Of a stretch of DNA of 64,000 nt, positions 9,573-19,075 are shown piece by piece; the stretch's first letter is position 1, and each line of letters opens with the position of its first letter. The notes beneath the pieces are model-generated. The model was not told the origin of the DNA. It made no database searches and saw nothing but the letters and a program-made list of their open reading frames with translations. A program made the translations under genes and the position numbers. This DNA is from Minisyncoccota bacterium (GTDB taxonomy: Bacteria > Patescibacteriota > Minisyncoccia > Phycocordibacterales > UBA9973): positions 65,281 through 129,280 of the forward strand of contig JARLIG010000009.1 in the NCBI GenBank assembly GCA_031291825.1, read 5' to 3'.

Positions 9573-11873
9573 CTATATTTCGCAAACCCCAGAAACACAA
9601 GCAAGTTCCTTGGCTCCGACAGTATTGTCGGTAGCTTCGTATTGAGAAAGCTTAGAAAAATCAATCTTACCAATGGCCTTTTTGCGCTTTTCGTATTCTT
9701 CTTTACTGATAGTTTCATATGGAGCCAATTTATAAACATGGTCAGATCGAGGCAAGAAAGACATACCGCCGACGTAATCCCAGTTTTCATAAACAAAGTT
9801 TCCAACGGCCAACCATTCATCTGGACCAACATAAATAGTCGCGGATGGATTGTGTTCCACAAAGTGTTGTTTTAATCTCTTCCATTCTTTCATCAAATCC
9901 AAGGCAGAGACTTCGTCTTTGAAGATTGCTCCCTCTGGAGCTTTAACTGGAAATTCTAAAACAAAAGTAGTTGCAGTTTCTGGAGACTGTCCAACTTCCG
10001 GCACGCAAGGCACTCCTTGATCTCGAGCCATCTGAAGCAATGTGTCAGTGTGTGAAATGCGAACACGACGAATAAAGTATGGAGCATACCAAGGATGCAT
10101 ACCACTTCCTACTCCGAGAAGCTGTCCCGAATTTCCGTGCGGCTTTACGCAAGTGATAGCGGTCGATTGATTGATACCAAAACGCTTAGCATATTTTTTA
10201 TTTGTTTCAATTGCATCAAGTCTCAAAGTATCCAAAACTTTATCATCTCGGATAATTGGATTGTCATAGTATCCGGTCAAAGAAACACCGAGCAATCTTT
10301 CTGCGTCACAATTTTCTTTCCATTTCTTAGAAAGATAACCAAAGTTCGTCAAAGTTGATTGATAAGTTCCGAGCAAGGTCGCTAATTCCATTTTTTTCTT
10401 TAAGGTAGCAACCGTATCTTTCGGACGAATCACAATACTGGTCAAATTACAAAATTGTTTGGAGCGTAGGTAAATTTCTCCGCAAGGATTCAAACCAATT
10501 TGTTTTTCGTCTTTGATAGCTGCCCATCTTCGCGCAGGTAACTGTTTCTCTAATCCCCCACGATTGAAAATTCCTCTCTCTCCAGAACGAGACTTCACTA
10601 AAGCTGTCCATTCACTTAGAAATTCTTCCGCTGATGGTTTAGTGTCATAAACTGCAGAATTGTTTGCCATCGCTCTTTGTCCTTCAGTTAGATAAAATTG
10701 TCCTTTCTTCGCATCACGCATTTCGGTGTCTTCCAATTCAGAAAGAGAAATGAGTGCACTGCGTCGTACTCCACCAGCCACGACAATCATACCAATCTGG
10801 CAGATCAAGTCATGCATATCAAGATTTGAAAGACGACGACCTTGCTTAGATAAAATTTTTCTTTTCGCAAACTCCACTAAATCAATGAGCGGTTGCGGAC
10901 CTGAGGCTTTTCCGCCAGCTGTCTCTAATCTTGCTCCAGCTGGCCTAATCATAGAGTAATCAAACTTTACGTCCTTTCCATCAAACCAAGCGTTTAATCC
11001 CAACACAAAAGCATCTGCCCAACCTTCTTTACTGTCTTTGACTACGTGTACGGCAGGCTTTTCATGACCTTGCTTCTTTATCTGAGGAAATTGTTGAACA
11101 TTTTCCGATTCAACGGCGAAACCAAGCCCTGCGCCACACATTGAAACATACATTATTTCTCCCAAGTCTTGCGTGCAGGTAGGAGCGATGTAGGAACAAT
11201 TGTAAGCCCAGACATTTGAATTGCGACAAGCCTTACCGGAAGACCACAAGAGGCGCATCGATGGACAGATATCCTGATTTAAAATTGCTTCGCGAACTTC
11301 GGCATATTCTTTGGCCGTCAATTTGTCTCCAAGATTTTCTTTCATATAAGCCATGTAGCGGTCAACAGTTTCTATCCAAGTCTCGCGACGACCCAACTCT
11401 GGAATCCATCGTGAATAAAATTGATAGAAAATATATTCGGAGTAAGGACTAGAAAAATATTTACTCGACTCTTCAACAGCTAAACGCACCGCTTCTGACA
11501 CCGGACCAAATTCTTTACGGAGTTCTGAACGCTTGTTTCGGTAAAGAATATATTTTTTTGCTGTCTCGGAAAAACCACCTTTCATTAATTCTTTTTCCAC
11601 TAAGTCTTGAACAACTTCCACGGTTGGCAAAAATTTTGCTCCTTTCACCTCACTGACTAATTTACTTTGCAAATCGTGCAAACTTTTCAAAACACCATTA
11701 GCAACAATTTGAGCTTCCTTCTCTCCTCCTTCACTCGAAGCTTCGAAGGCTTTGAAGGATGCGCGAATGATTCTCTCTAAATCAAAAGGAACTACTTCTC
11801 CAGTGCGGCGACGAATTGATTTTATTTTTGATGATGCACTTTTTGAAATTTTTTCAGTTGTTTTTGTTTTCAT
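9573..11873 (-). CDS. nrdJ: Class II (adenosylcobalamin-dependent) ribonucleotide reductase with N-terminal ATP-cone
   Basis: YNC, GGVRRSA, NPCGEI, TCVKP, C-terminal CVSGVC. Confidence 0.95.
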   Translation of the reverse strand: MKTKTTEKISKSASSKIKSIRRRTGEVVPFDLERIIRASFKAFEASSEGGEKEAQIVANGVLKSLHDLQSKLVSEVKGAKFLPTVEVVQDLVEKELMKGGFSETAKKYILYRNKRSELRKEFGPVSEAVRLAVEESSKYFSSPYSEYIFYQFYSRWIPELGRRETWIETVDRYMAYMKENLGDKLTAKEYAEVREAILNQDICPSMRLLWSSGKACRNSNVWAYNCSYIAPTCTQDLGEIMYVSMCGAGLGFAVESENVQQFPQIKKQGHEKPAVHVVKDSKEGWADAFVLGLNAWFDGKDVKFDYSMIRPAGARLETAGGKASGPQPLIDLVEFAKRKILSKQGRRLSNLDMHDLICQIGMIVVAGGVRRSALISLSELEDTEMRDAKKGQFYLTEGQRAMANNSAVYDTKPSAEEFLSEWTALVKSRSGERGIFNRGGLEKQLPARRWAAIKDEKQIGLNPCGEIYLRSKQFCNLTSIVIRPKDTVATLKKKMELATLLGTYQSTLTNFGYLSKKWKENCDAERLLGVSLTGYYDNPIIRDDKVLDTLRLDAIETNKKYAKRFGINQSTAITCVKPHGNSGQLLGVGSGMHPWYAPYFIRRVRISHTDTLLQMARDQGVPCVPEVGQSPETATTFVLEFPVKAPEGAIFKDEVSALDLMKEWKRLKQHFVEHNPSATIYVGPDEWLAVGNFVYENWDYVGGMSFLPRSDHVYKLAPYETISKEEYEKRKKAIGKIDFSKLSQYEATDNTVGAKELACVSGVCEI

Positions 11874-11878
11874 ATAAT

Positions 11879-12454
11879 TTAAATTGTTTTAGGATTAAAG
11901 GTGTTAATAATTAGCTCGGGCTCTTTTTCCCGACTGGGCAGTGAAATCTTTTTCCTTACTAAAAAATTATATACAGCTGGAGATAACACGATGGCAAAAG
12001 CGACATTACCAATCAAGTGCAACGCAGTAAATGGAATTTGTCCAATCAAAGCATTCATAAATGGCTGATGAAACATCATCGGACCAACCATCAATCCAGT
12101 TACTGCGTCAAAAAATAAAGTTCCGAAGATTGCAAAACGCACATAACCCCACCTATTCCCCTTATCTTTCGCAAAATAAAGAGCAGAACAAAGTCCAATG
12201 ATGCCATAAGCTCCTGCTGTAAAAAATGTTTGTAATCCAAGTGTGTGTGTCACTAAATCAAAAAGTAAAATACTCAATACTGCAAAAGAAAAACCACCCA
12301 TCGCTCCATAGACACGGCCCATAGGCATCGTAGTCGCCATGATTGGCTCTATGTTCGGAGCACGAAATGGAATTAATCTGACTAAAAGACATAAGACTAA
12401 GGAGATGACGAACTTGAAATAACTTTTCTTAATTGTTTGTTTGCTCGTTTGCAT
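11879..12454 (-). CDS. ECF-type S component, probably cobalamin uptake
   Basis: About 6 TM; RLIPFRAPNIEP; first gene of the nrdJ-pduO run; start moved to MQTSK. Confidence 0.7.
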   Translation of the reverse strand: MQTSKQTIKKSYFKFVISLVLCLLVRLIPFRAPNIEPIMATTMPMGRVYGAMGGFSFAVLSILLFDLVTHTLGLQTFFTAGAYGIIGLCSALYFAKDKGNRWGYVRFAIFGTLFFDAVTGLMVGPMMFHQPFMNALIGQIPFTALHLIGNVAFAIVLSPAVYNFLVRKKISLPSREKEPELIINTFNPKTI

Positions 12455-12721
12455 TGGACAGTCATTATACACGAAAACACTCCCCTTGTGTAAAGTGGAT
12501 AACCACCCTTTTTTGACAATTTCCCACCAAAAAATTTTTAAGCAATAGAAAAAAAATAAAACAAGACGTCTCTAACACATCGCTCTTTTTGAGTTTTAAA
12601 ATTGGTCTTTTTTGAGAAAATTTTTTCCCACTTCTAAGATTTTTAAAAAAATATTACCCTTGACAAAACAAAAAATATGATTTTTAGTATAAAAACTGAA
12701 GATTCTTTCAACTTTGGTTCG

Positions 12722-13213
12722 TCAATTTATATATTCTTTCTTTTTTGTCTTTTTATCTTTTATAATTTCTTGTATCCTTCCGATAAGTTGATCAACACTT
12801 GACTTGATTTCTTTTTCTTCTATCTCATCCAAGGTTTCGTCAGGTAAAGCAGGATGATTTTTTTTGTCTGAATTCTTTTCAGACGTCATTGTCTCCAACT
12901 CTTCTCCCTTAGTAACTAATAACTCAAAACGTTTTAAGCTTATTTCTAGTGGTATGTTTAAATCTCTCTGTTTTTCAAGGTCTAGTAGAATATCTTCTTG
13001 AATTTTTTCTGATAAAACTTTAAATCTGCCAAGAGATTTTTCAATATCTGTAGCGTGGTTCAATAAAAAGTCTTCTGCTGAATTTATGGGAACCATTAGA
13101 GGCTCATCAATGACCCCTAAGCCATTATCATTTAAAATTTTCTCCCAATCTAATTCAGGGTCAATCTCTGACTCTGGTTTGATATTTTTTTGTTGTTCAG
13201 GTTTTCCTTCCAT
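12722..13213 (-). CDS. Hypothetical acidic protein
   Basis: 163 aa ORF, no recognised motif. Confidence 0.65.
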   Translation of the reverse strand: MEGKPEQQKNIKPESEIDPELDWEKILNDNGLGVIDEPLMVPINSAEDFLLNHATDIEKSLGRFKVLSEKIQEDILLDLEKQRDLNIPLEISLKRFELLVTKGEELETMTSEKNSDKKNHPALPDETLDEIEEKEIKSSVDQLIGRIQEIIKDKKTKKKEYIN

Positions 13214-13244
13214 GTTTTTATATTAAATTGATAATGATTAAAAT

Positions 13245-13532
13245 TTATTTAGATTCTTTAGCTAAAATATTTTTTACCGCTTCTAAAAGGTGTTCAATAT
13301 ATTTTTTTCTTTCTTCCAAGACCAGATTGAGCTTGGCTATCGTTTTTGTAAATATTTCATTCCTGCCTGAACTATCTATTAGCAAAGTACCGTCTGGTTC
13401 TCTTTCTAAACTTTCTGGAGATTTTTCTCTCATCAAAGCAATATAATCACCGGCGTCAAAAAAAGCTGTCGCCTTGATTAATGCATCTCTTTTATTTTCT
13501 ATAGGATTTTTTGAAGAAAATTTTTCTGCCAT
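13245..13532 (-). CDS. Hypothetical protein
   Basis: 95 aa ORF directly downstream of the tRNA-Ile. Confidence 0.6.
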   Translation of the reverse strand: MAEKFSSKNPIENKRDALIKATAFFDAGDYIALMREKSPESLEREPDGTLLIDSSGRNEIFTKTIAKLNLVLEERKKYIEHLLEAVKNILAKESK

Positions 13533-13548
13533 ATTTTTATTCTTCTTG

Positions 13549-13622
13549 TCCGTCCTCTTGGACTCGAACCAAGGACCCTCGAGGTATAAGCTCGATGCTC
13601 TAACCAGCTGAGCTAAGGACGG
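13549..13622 (-). tRNA. tRNA-Ile with anticodon TAT
   Basis: CCGTCCT/AGGACGG acceptor, A73, TCGAG-CTTATAC-CTCGA anticodon arm (anticodon at 13586-13588). Confidence 0.9.
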
Positions 13623-13668
13623 AGTTTCATCTCATAGAACATTATCTCATTTTTAAAAGAAAAACAAA

Positions 13669-15588
13669 CTACACTTCAGTTGTAGTAATAACTTCTTTTT
13701 TCTTTAAAAGAATTCCATGCGCAGTAAGAATCTTTTCATATTCCTCTTGTTCGAGAGTTTCCACCTCGATTAGTTTGTGCGCTATAGCGGTGAAAGCTTT
13801 TTTATATTCGGTCAAAACTTTTTCGGCAGTTTGCAACCCGTCATTGATGATTCTGGAAACTTCCGCATCCACTTTTGTAGAAACAGTTTCAGAAAATTCT
13901 CTTTCAGCTACTTCGCCATATTGTGGCTTGCCACCAGAATCAACCAATGCGATTGGGCCGATGAGTGGAGACATTCCCCAGCGTGTCACCATCGCGCGCG
14001 CCAAACTAGTTGAAACTTGTAAATCACTCGATGGACCAGTCGTCACATCGCCGAAAATCATTTGCTCCGCCACGTAGCCACCAAGTGACATTGCAATATC
14101 ATCAATGAATTCCTTCTTGGATTGCAAACGTCTTTCTTCTAAAGGCAATTTTAAGGTGTATCCACCCGCATTACCACGCGCAATAATAGACACCTTATGT
14201 ACTGGATCAGCGTGCGGAAGCACCGAAGCCACGATGGCATGCCCTGCTTCATGATAAGCGGTGATTTCTTTTTCTTTCTTAGAAAGTAAATGACTCTTAC
14301 GTTCAGGGCCAAGCATTACTTTTTCAATCGCACGGATAAGGTCGAACTGGAAAACTTTTTTACGATTCTCTCGAGCTGCCAAGATAGCACCTTCGTTCAT
14401 CAGTGAATATAAATCAGCTCCAGAAAAACCAGGAGTGCGTTCAGCAATCAATGTAAGATTGATGTCTTCGGCAAGAGGTTTTTTAAGCGCGTGAATTTTT
14501 AAGATTTCTTCGCGGTCAGCGCGGTCTGGTAAGTCAAGAATAACTTTTCTATCAAAACGTCCTGGACGAACAAGCGCTGGGTCTAACACATCTGGTCGAT
14601 TTGTCGCCGCCATGACAATAACTTTATCATTTGGTTCGAAGCCATCCATCTCGACGAGAATTTGATTGAGAGTTTGTTCACGTTCATCGTTGCCTCCGCC
14701 GAATCCTCCGCCACGTGTACGTCCAATCGCATCGATTTCATCCACGAAGATAATCGCTGGTGCCGCGCGCTTGGCCATTTTGAAAAGGTCCCGTACTCTT
14801 GAAGCTCCGACACCGACAAACATTTCTACGAATTCACTTCCGGAAAGATGGAAAAAAGGGACACCTGCCTCCCCTGCGACTGCTCGCGCGAGCAAAGTTT
14901 TTCCTGTTCCTGGAGCACCGGTAAGTATTACTCCTTTCGGAATTCTCGCGCCGATGTCTAAAAACTTTTTCGGACTTTTCAAAAAGTCTACAATTTCTTT
15001 CAGTTCTTCTTTCGCTTCTTTACAACCAGCCACATCTTTAAAGGTCACTCGATTGTTTTTATCATTCGGGTCAGTTACGCGCGCCTTGGATTGTCCAAAA
15101 GAAAATGCCTGCATCCCCGCGCCTTTAACCTGACGAGATAAATACCAGAAGAAAATCAAAATAAACAGCAACGATAAAATTATTGGCGAAAAATTCAAAA
15201 ACCAATACATAAATCCAGTTTCATCTTTTATTTGAATATCTGTCTTCGCAAGCGCTGTCGCCGGCACACCGTAATCAAAAAGTGTCTGTGAAAGTGGCGC
15301 ATCAACTTCTTTTTTGGAATCCTTCACATCGCCGTTTTGATAAGTGATAGTGAGCTGGTCGCCTTCGACGACAATCGTTTTCACATTTCCAGCAATCACG
15401 CTGTTTGCTAAATCCGAAATAGAAACCTGTGGAGTCGCTTTACCACTACCGGTCACTACTAGATAGAGAGCAGTCATCAGCATAAAGAAAAACACTGCGC
15501 CAGCCAAGCTCCCGCCCCATTTCGTGTTCTTTTTCTTCTTTTTACCCTTATCTTGCGGGTCTTTTTGATTAAGGAAATTAAAATCCAT
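13669..15588 (-). CDS. ftsH: ATP-dependent zinc metalloprotease FtsH
   Basis: Two [26 protein letters not shown]. Confidence 0.98.
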   Translation of the reverse strand: MDFNFLNQKDPQDKGKKKKKNTKWGGSLAGAVFFFMLMTALYLVVTGSGKATPQVSISDLANSVIAGNVKTIVVEGDQLTITYQNGDVKDSKKEVDAPLSQTLFDYGVPATALAKTDIQIKDETGFMYWFLNFSPIILSLLFILIFFWYLSRQVKGAGMQAFSFGQSKARVTDPNDKNNRVTFKDVAGCKEAKEELKEIVDFLKSPKKFLDIGARIPKGVILTGAPGTGKTLLARAVAGEAGVPFFHLSGSEFVEMFVGVGASRVRDLFKMAKRAAPAIIFVDEIDAIGRTRGGGFGGGNDEREQTLNQILVEMDGFEPNDKVIVMAATNRPDVLDPALVRPGRFDRKVILDLPDRADREEILKIHALKKPLAEDINLTLIAERTPGFSGADLYSLMNEGAILAARENRKKVFQFDLIRAIEKVMLGPERKSHLLSKKEKEITAYHEAGHAIVASVLPHADPVHKVSIIARGNAGGYTLKLPLEERRLQSKKEFIDDIAMSLGGYVAEQMIFGDVTTGPSSDLQVSTSLARAMVTRWGMSPLIGPIALVDSGGKPQYGEVAEREFSETVSTKVDAEVSRIINDGLQTAEKVLTEYKKAFTAIAHKLIEVETLEQEEYEKILTAHGILLKKKEVITTTEV

Positions 15589-15647
15589 TCCAGTATATTA
15601 GCACAAAAAAACCGAAAGGTGAAATTCAGTTTATCTATAAATATCTG

Positions 15648-16036
15648 TGGAGATGGGGGAAATCGAATCCCCGTGCAGAAGGTAGTTGTAAAGAAGTCTA
15701 CATGCTTAGCGCGCTTTTTGGTTTAAATTAAAAAATTCTTAAACGTGCCAAATATTTTTTAATCGAGCTCTAAATTTTCGAGCGTATGTTCGAGCGGGCA
15801 ACGCCTTATCCCGATAATATTATGCCTCGTCTTATATATCGGAAGTCTATAAGAGAGACACCACCCTAGGCTTACGCGAAAGATGGAGCAAGAGCTAACG
15901 AGTTACCGAAGTAAGGCGAAAGCATTGCCGTGAAAGCTGATTTTGCAATTAGCTATTGAACGAATTTTTACGAGATTACGTTCATACTCGACATGCATCA
16001 ATGACAAATGGCCAACTGTCTATGCCTTGCATCCCC
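15648..16036 (-). ncRNA. ssrA: tmRNA; predicted tag AKSAFTAMLSPYFGNSLALAPSFA at 15946-15872
   Basis: 5' GGGGATG pairs with 3' CATCTCC-A including the G3.U wobble; T-arm GGGGA-TTCGATT-TCCCC; directly downstream of smpB. Confidence 0.93.
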
Positions 16037-16047
16037 ATATTTGTATT

Positions 16048-16494
16048 TCAACGTTCTTTGAAATCCCTGCGAATCTCGCGATCTGTGTCGCGCTTCTTGA
16101 TAGTTTCGCGTTTATCAAATTTTTTCTTGCCTTTGACCAGCGCGATTTCTACCTTGATTTTTCTATTTTTATTATACACTGAAATTGGCACTATTGTCAA
16201 ACTCTTGTTTTTCTCGCTTCCGGCGAGTTCGGCAATTTCTTTTTTGGTCAGTAAAAGTTTTCTGTTTTTAAGCGGGTCGTAATCTTTTGGAGAATTTTTG
16301 GGCTGATATGGAGGGATATTCGCGTTGATGAGAAATGCTTCACCACCACGTATAATGACAAAAGCTCCTTCGAGTGACATCTGCCCCGCACGCACGGACT
16401 TTACTTCCGTACCCAAAAGCTCAATACCTGTTTCGTATTTTTCTAAGATTTCGTAATTGAACCGCGCTTTGCGGTTTTCAGTATAATTTGCCAT
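16048..16494 (-). CDS. smpB: SsrA-binding protein
   Basis: NRKARFNY, GIELLGTEVKS, KGKKKFDKRE. Confidence 0.98.
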   Translation of the reverse strand: MANYTENRKARFNYEILEKYETGIELLGTEVKSVRAGQMSLEGAFVIIRGGEAFLINANIPPYQPKNSPKDYDPLKNRKLLLTKKEIAELAGSEKNKSLTIVPISVYNKNRKIKVEIALVKGKKKFDKRETIKKRDTDREIRRDFKER

Positions 16495-16537
16495 AGATAC
16501 ATATTATCACACAATATCTCCTAGCCTATTCTGTGGT

Positions 16538-16605
16538 TGACTTTAGCCCAGAATTAGGCTATTATCCCCTAGTAGTTAAAGCTCGCTTGGTTCAATCGCG
16601 AGCTA
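16538..16605 (+). promoter_or_regulatory. Sigma70-type promoter and leader hairpin of infC-rpmI-rplT
   Basis: TTGACT-17-TATTAT then AGCTCGC...GCGAGCT hairpin. Confidence 0.6.
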
Positions 16606-16616
16606 CTTAATATCAA

Positions 16617-17120
16617 TTGCGAGAAAGAATAAACAACCAAATACGGGCGCGAGAAGTTCGAGTCTTAGACAGCGAAAACAAAAATCTTGGGGTTTTAAGC
16701 ATTAAAGATGCTCTTGAGATGGCAGAGAGCAAAGGTTTGGATTTAATAGAAATATCTCCAAATGGCAATCCGCCCATCGCCAAGATAATGGATTTCGGCA
16801 AGTATCAGTATGAGGCTAGTAAAAAGTTAAAGAAAGCCAAAGCTGGAGCCAACAAGACCGAAACCAAGTCCATTCAGATAAAAATAGGCACAGGAGACCA
16901 CGATTTAGAGCTCAAAGCGAAAACCGCTTCCAAATGGCTCAAAGAAGGTCATCGCATCAAAGTTGAACTTTTCTTAGCCGGACGTGCAAAGTATATGGAT
17001 GAGAAATTTTTAAGAGAACGTTTAGATAGAGTATTACATTTGATTACCGAAGAATATAAAGTATCAGATTCATACAAAAAAGGTCCAAAAGGTTTAACCA
17101 TAACAATCGAGAAGAAGTAG
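16617..17120 (+). CDS. infC: Translation initiation factor IF-3 (TTG start)
   Basis: RINNQIR, PPIAKIMDFGKYQY; in-frame TAA three codons upstream. Confidence 0.95.
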   Translation: MRERINNQIRAREVRVLDSENKNLGVLSIKDALEMAESKGLDLIEISPNGNPPIAKIMDFGKYQYEASKKLKKAKAGANKTETKSIQIKIGTGDHDLELKAKTASKWLKEGHRIKVELFLAGRAKYMDEKFLRERLDRVLHLITEEYKVSDSYKKGPKGLTITIEKK

Positions 17121-17166
17121 TTATAAAGTTTATAAAGTGAAAAGTTATAAAGTATAATACAAATTT

Positions 17167-17361
17167 ATGAAAGGAATGAAAACAAACAAGTCATACAGTA
17201 AGAGATTAAAGCTCACGAAAAATGGGAAAGTTCTTTCCCGCAAGCCTGGCTTTAACCATTTCAATGCCAAACAATCACGCGTCACCGAGCTCGCTGGCAA
17301 GAAACGCCAAAATTTTGTTATTAAAAACAAGCCAAAAAGTCACTTGTTGCCTTTTTCCTAA
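17167..17361 (+). CDS. rpmI: 50S protein L35
   Basis: MKTNKSYSKRLKLTKNGK; synteny. Confidence 0.93.
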   Translation: MKGMKTNKSYSKRLKLTKNGKVLSRKPGFNHFNAKQSRVTELAGKKRQNFVIKNKPKSHLLPFS

Positions 17362-17380
17362 TTAGTAATTTAAAAAATAT

Positions 17381-17725
17381 ATGACAAGAGTAAAAAAGGG
17401 AGTACATGCATTAAAACGAAGGAGAAGTGTCTTGAAGCAGACCAAAGGAATGCGTCATGGACGTAGCACAAAAGAACGTCAAGCAAAAGACGCACTTTTG
17501 CACTCTGGAAGTTATTCTTTTGCGCACCGCAAAGACAAGAAGTCGCACAATCGCAAGCTTTGGAATATTAAAATCAATGCTGGTGCACGTGAACTCGGTA
17601 TGTCTTATTCAAAACTGATGGGCGCTTTACACAAGAAAAATATTCTGCTTGACCGCAAGATTCTCTCAGGCTTAGCCGAACACAATCCTGAAACTTTTGC
17701 CAAAGTACTTGCAGCTGTAAAATAA
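17381..17725 (+). CDS. rplT: 50S protein L20
   Basis: MTRVK, LWNIKINA, LDRKIL. Confidence 0.97.
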   Translation: MTRVKKGVHALKRRRSVLKQTKGMRHGRSTKERQAKDALLHSGSYSFAHRKDKKSHNRKLWNIKINAGARELGMSYSKLMGALHKKNILLDRKILSGLAEHNPETFAKVLAAVK

Positions 17726-17737
17726 AAATACACAAAT

Positions 17738-17762
17738 AAAAATCCCCTTCTCGGGGATTTTT
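17738..17762. terminator. Bidirectional terminator
   Basis: AAAAATCCCC-TTCTC-GGGGATTTTT. Confidence 0.8.
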
Positions 17763-17778
17763 ATTATTATTTAAATAA

Positions 17779-18282
17779 TTAATCTGAAGAAAAATCAATC
17801 TTTTTAAAAACATCACTCCAAGATGGACCAAATTGCTTACCTAACCTCTTTATTAAAACCCGATCAGAAGGATCACCTTCTTCTTTCAAGAAATTATAGT
17901 CACTTATCGTAAACCTCACCTTTCTCTTTTCTTCTTCACTTAAAATATCTTTTCCGAGTTCTTTGGCCCTCTCTCGACATTTTTTATTAAAAGCTCTATT
18001 GATTGCATCCAGTAGATCTTTTTCAGAAAATTTGTTTTCGATTTTACCTTTTTGTATACCATACTTATCCAAAAAAACACCAACATCAAGATGGTCGAAT
18101 AAATCTGTTGGCACTTCCGACACCGCTCCATCCTTCACAGCACTTTCTAGTTGTGCTGCGGTGGTATTGTGTAATTCCACATAACATCTTAGCCGTTCTG
18201 CATAAGAATCCTTTAAAGGATCATTCCTGTATTTGTTAACGTTAGATTCTTTTTTGGAAAAGTTAACTTCTGGAGTCTTCAT
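17779..18282 (-). CDS. Hypothetical protein
   Basis: 167 aa ORF downstream of the LOG-family gene. Confidence 0.6.
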   Translation of the reverse strand: MKTPEVNFSKKESNVNKYRNDPLKDSYAERLRCYVELHNTTAAQLESAVKDGAVSEVPTDLFDHLDVGVFLDKYGIQKGKIENKFSEKDLLDAINRAFNKKCRERAKELGKDILSEEEKRKVRFTISDYNFLKEEGDPSDRVLIKRLGKQFGPSWSDVFKKIDFSSD

Positions 18283-18302
18283 AAAGAAATTTATTTAACT
18301 TT

Positions 18303-18908
18303 CTAAGCAGATGTTTTTGTAACTTTATACTCAACCTTATCTTTTTTTACCATAACAATGATTTCTTCTAATAGTTTTTTGGGGTCCTTGCCTTTGACAA
18401 TCTTTGAATTAGGACGGTGGCCTTTGGCAAGAATTTCTTCCAGCTCTGCCCCCATATCCCATGGGCCTTCAAATATACCTAGAGGTTTTGCATCTTCAAA
18501 AGCGACAGTGAACTCGTGAATCGTACCGATACGTCCACAGCCACAGATGACTGCATCTGCACTACGAGTGAGAAGTAGGTCACGTCCAGGATAGCCAAAG
18601 CCAGTGTAAATAATCAAATCCATATAATCAAGCGGAAGCTTGTAGACTTCCACATGTTCTCGTTCAGATGCGGCTGGAGATATGCCAATAGAAATTCCAC
18701 CGGCTTCTTTCGCTCCCATCGCTGTCCAAAAAGGAAAACCCGTCGTAGCGCCAGTTACCAACACTGCTCCTTGGCGGGCAATTTCTCGTCCGAGTTCTTT
18801 TGCTAGATCGAGTGCACCGAGACCGCAAGCACTAGTCTCTGCCGCACCAGAAACACAAATTTTTATTTGATTGTGTCCATGTTTATCGTTTAGTTCTTTT
18901 AAATCCAT
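18303..18908 (-). CDS. LOG/SLOG family Rossmann protein
   Basis: LVTGATTG, GAKEAGG, IGISP, GRIGTIHE. Confidence 0.85.
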   Translation of the reverse strand: MDLKELNDKHGHNQIKICVSGAAETSACGLGALDLAKELGREIARQGAVLVTGATTGFPFWTAMGAKEAGGISIGISPAASEREHVEVYKLPLDYMDLIIYTGFGYPGRDLLLTRSADAVICGCGRIGTIHEFTVAFEDAKPLGIFEGPWDMGAELEEILAKGHRPNSKIVKGKDPKKLLEEIIVMVKKDKVEYKVTKTSA

Positions 18909-18926
18909 TCGAGCATTATAGCACCA

Positions 18927-19069
18927 AAAAAGAAGATTCCAAAATTTTAGAGACTTGCGCAGTGCGACGGCACGAGCAGGAAGAATTTTTGATTTTGCGA
19001 AATCATGTCGCGTAAGTCCTACTAACGCGACTAAAATATCTGTGCTCTAAAATTTGGGAATCTTCTTTT
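18927..19069. repeat. Family B structured intergenic element, copy 1 (contains a family A copy at 18993-19032)
   Basis: Core GAGACTTGCGCAG-hairpin-GAGCAGGAAGAATTTTT...AAAATATCTGTGCTC shared with 25246-25353. Confidence 0.85.
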
Positions 19070-19075
19070 AATTTT

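Noticed and set aside
12473-12720. Cobalamin riboswitch, NrdR box or DnaA box upstream of the nrdJ operon
   Set aside because: No B12-box core seen; CAC-N7-GTG has the wrong spacing and core for NrdR; only one mismatched DnaA-like 9-mer
16608-16619. ATT start codon for infC
   Set aside because: The nearby ATT is out of frame; an in-frame stop at 16608 leaves TTG as the start
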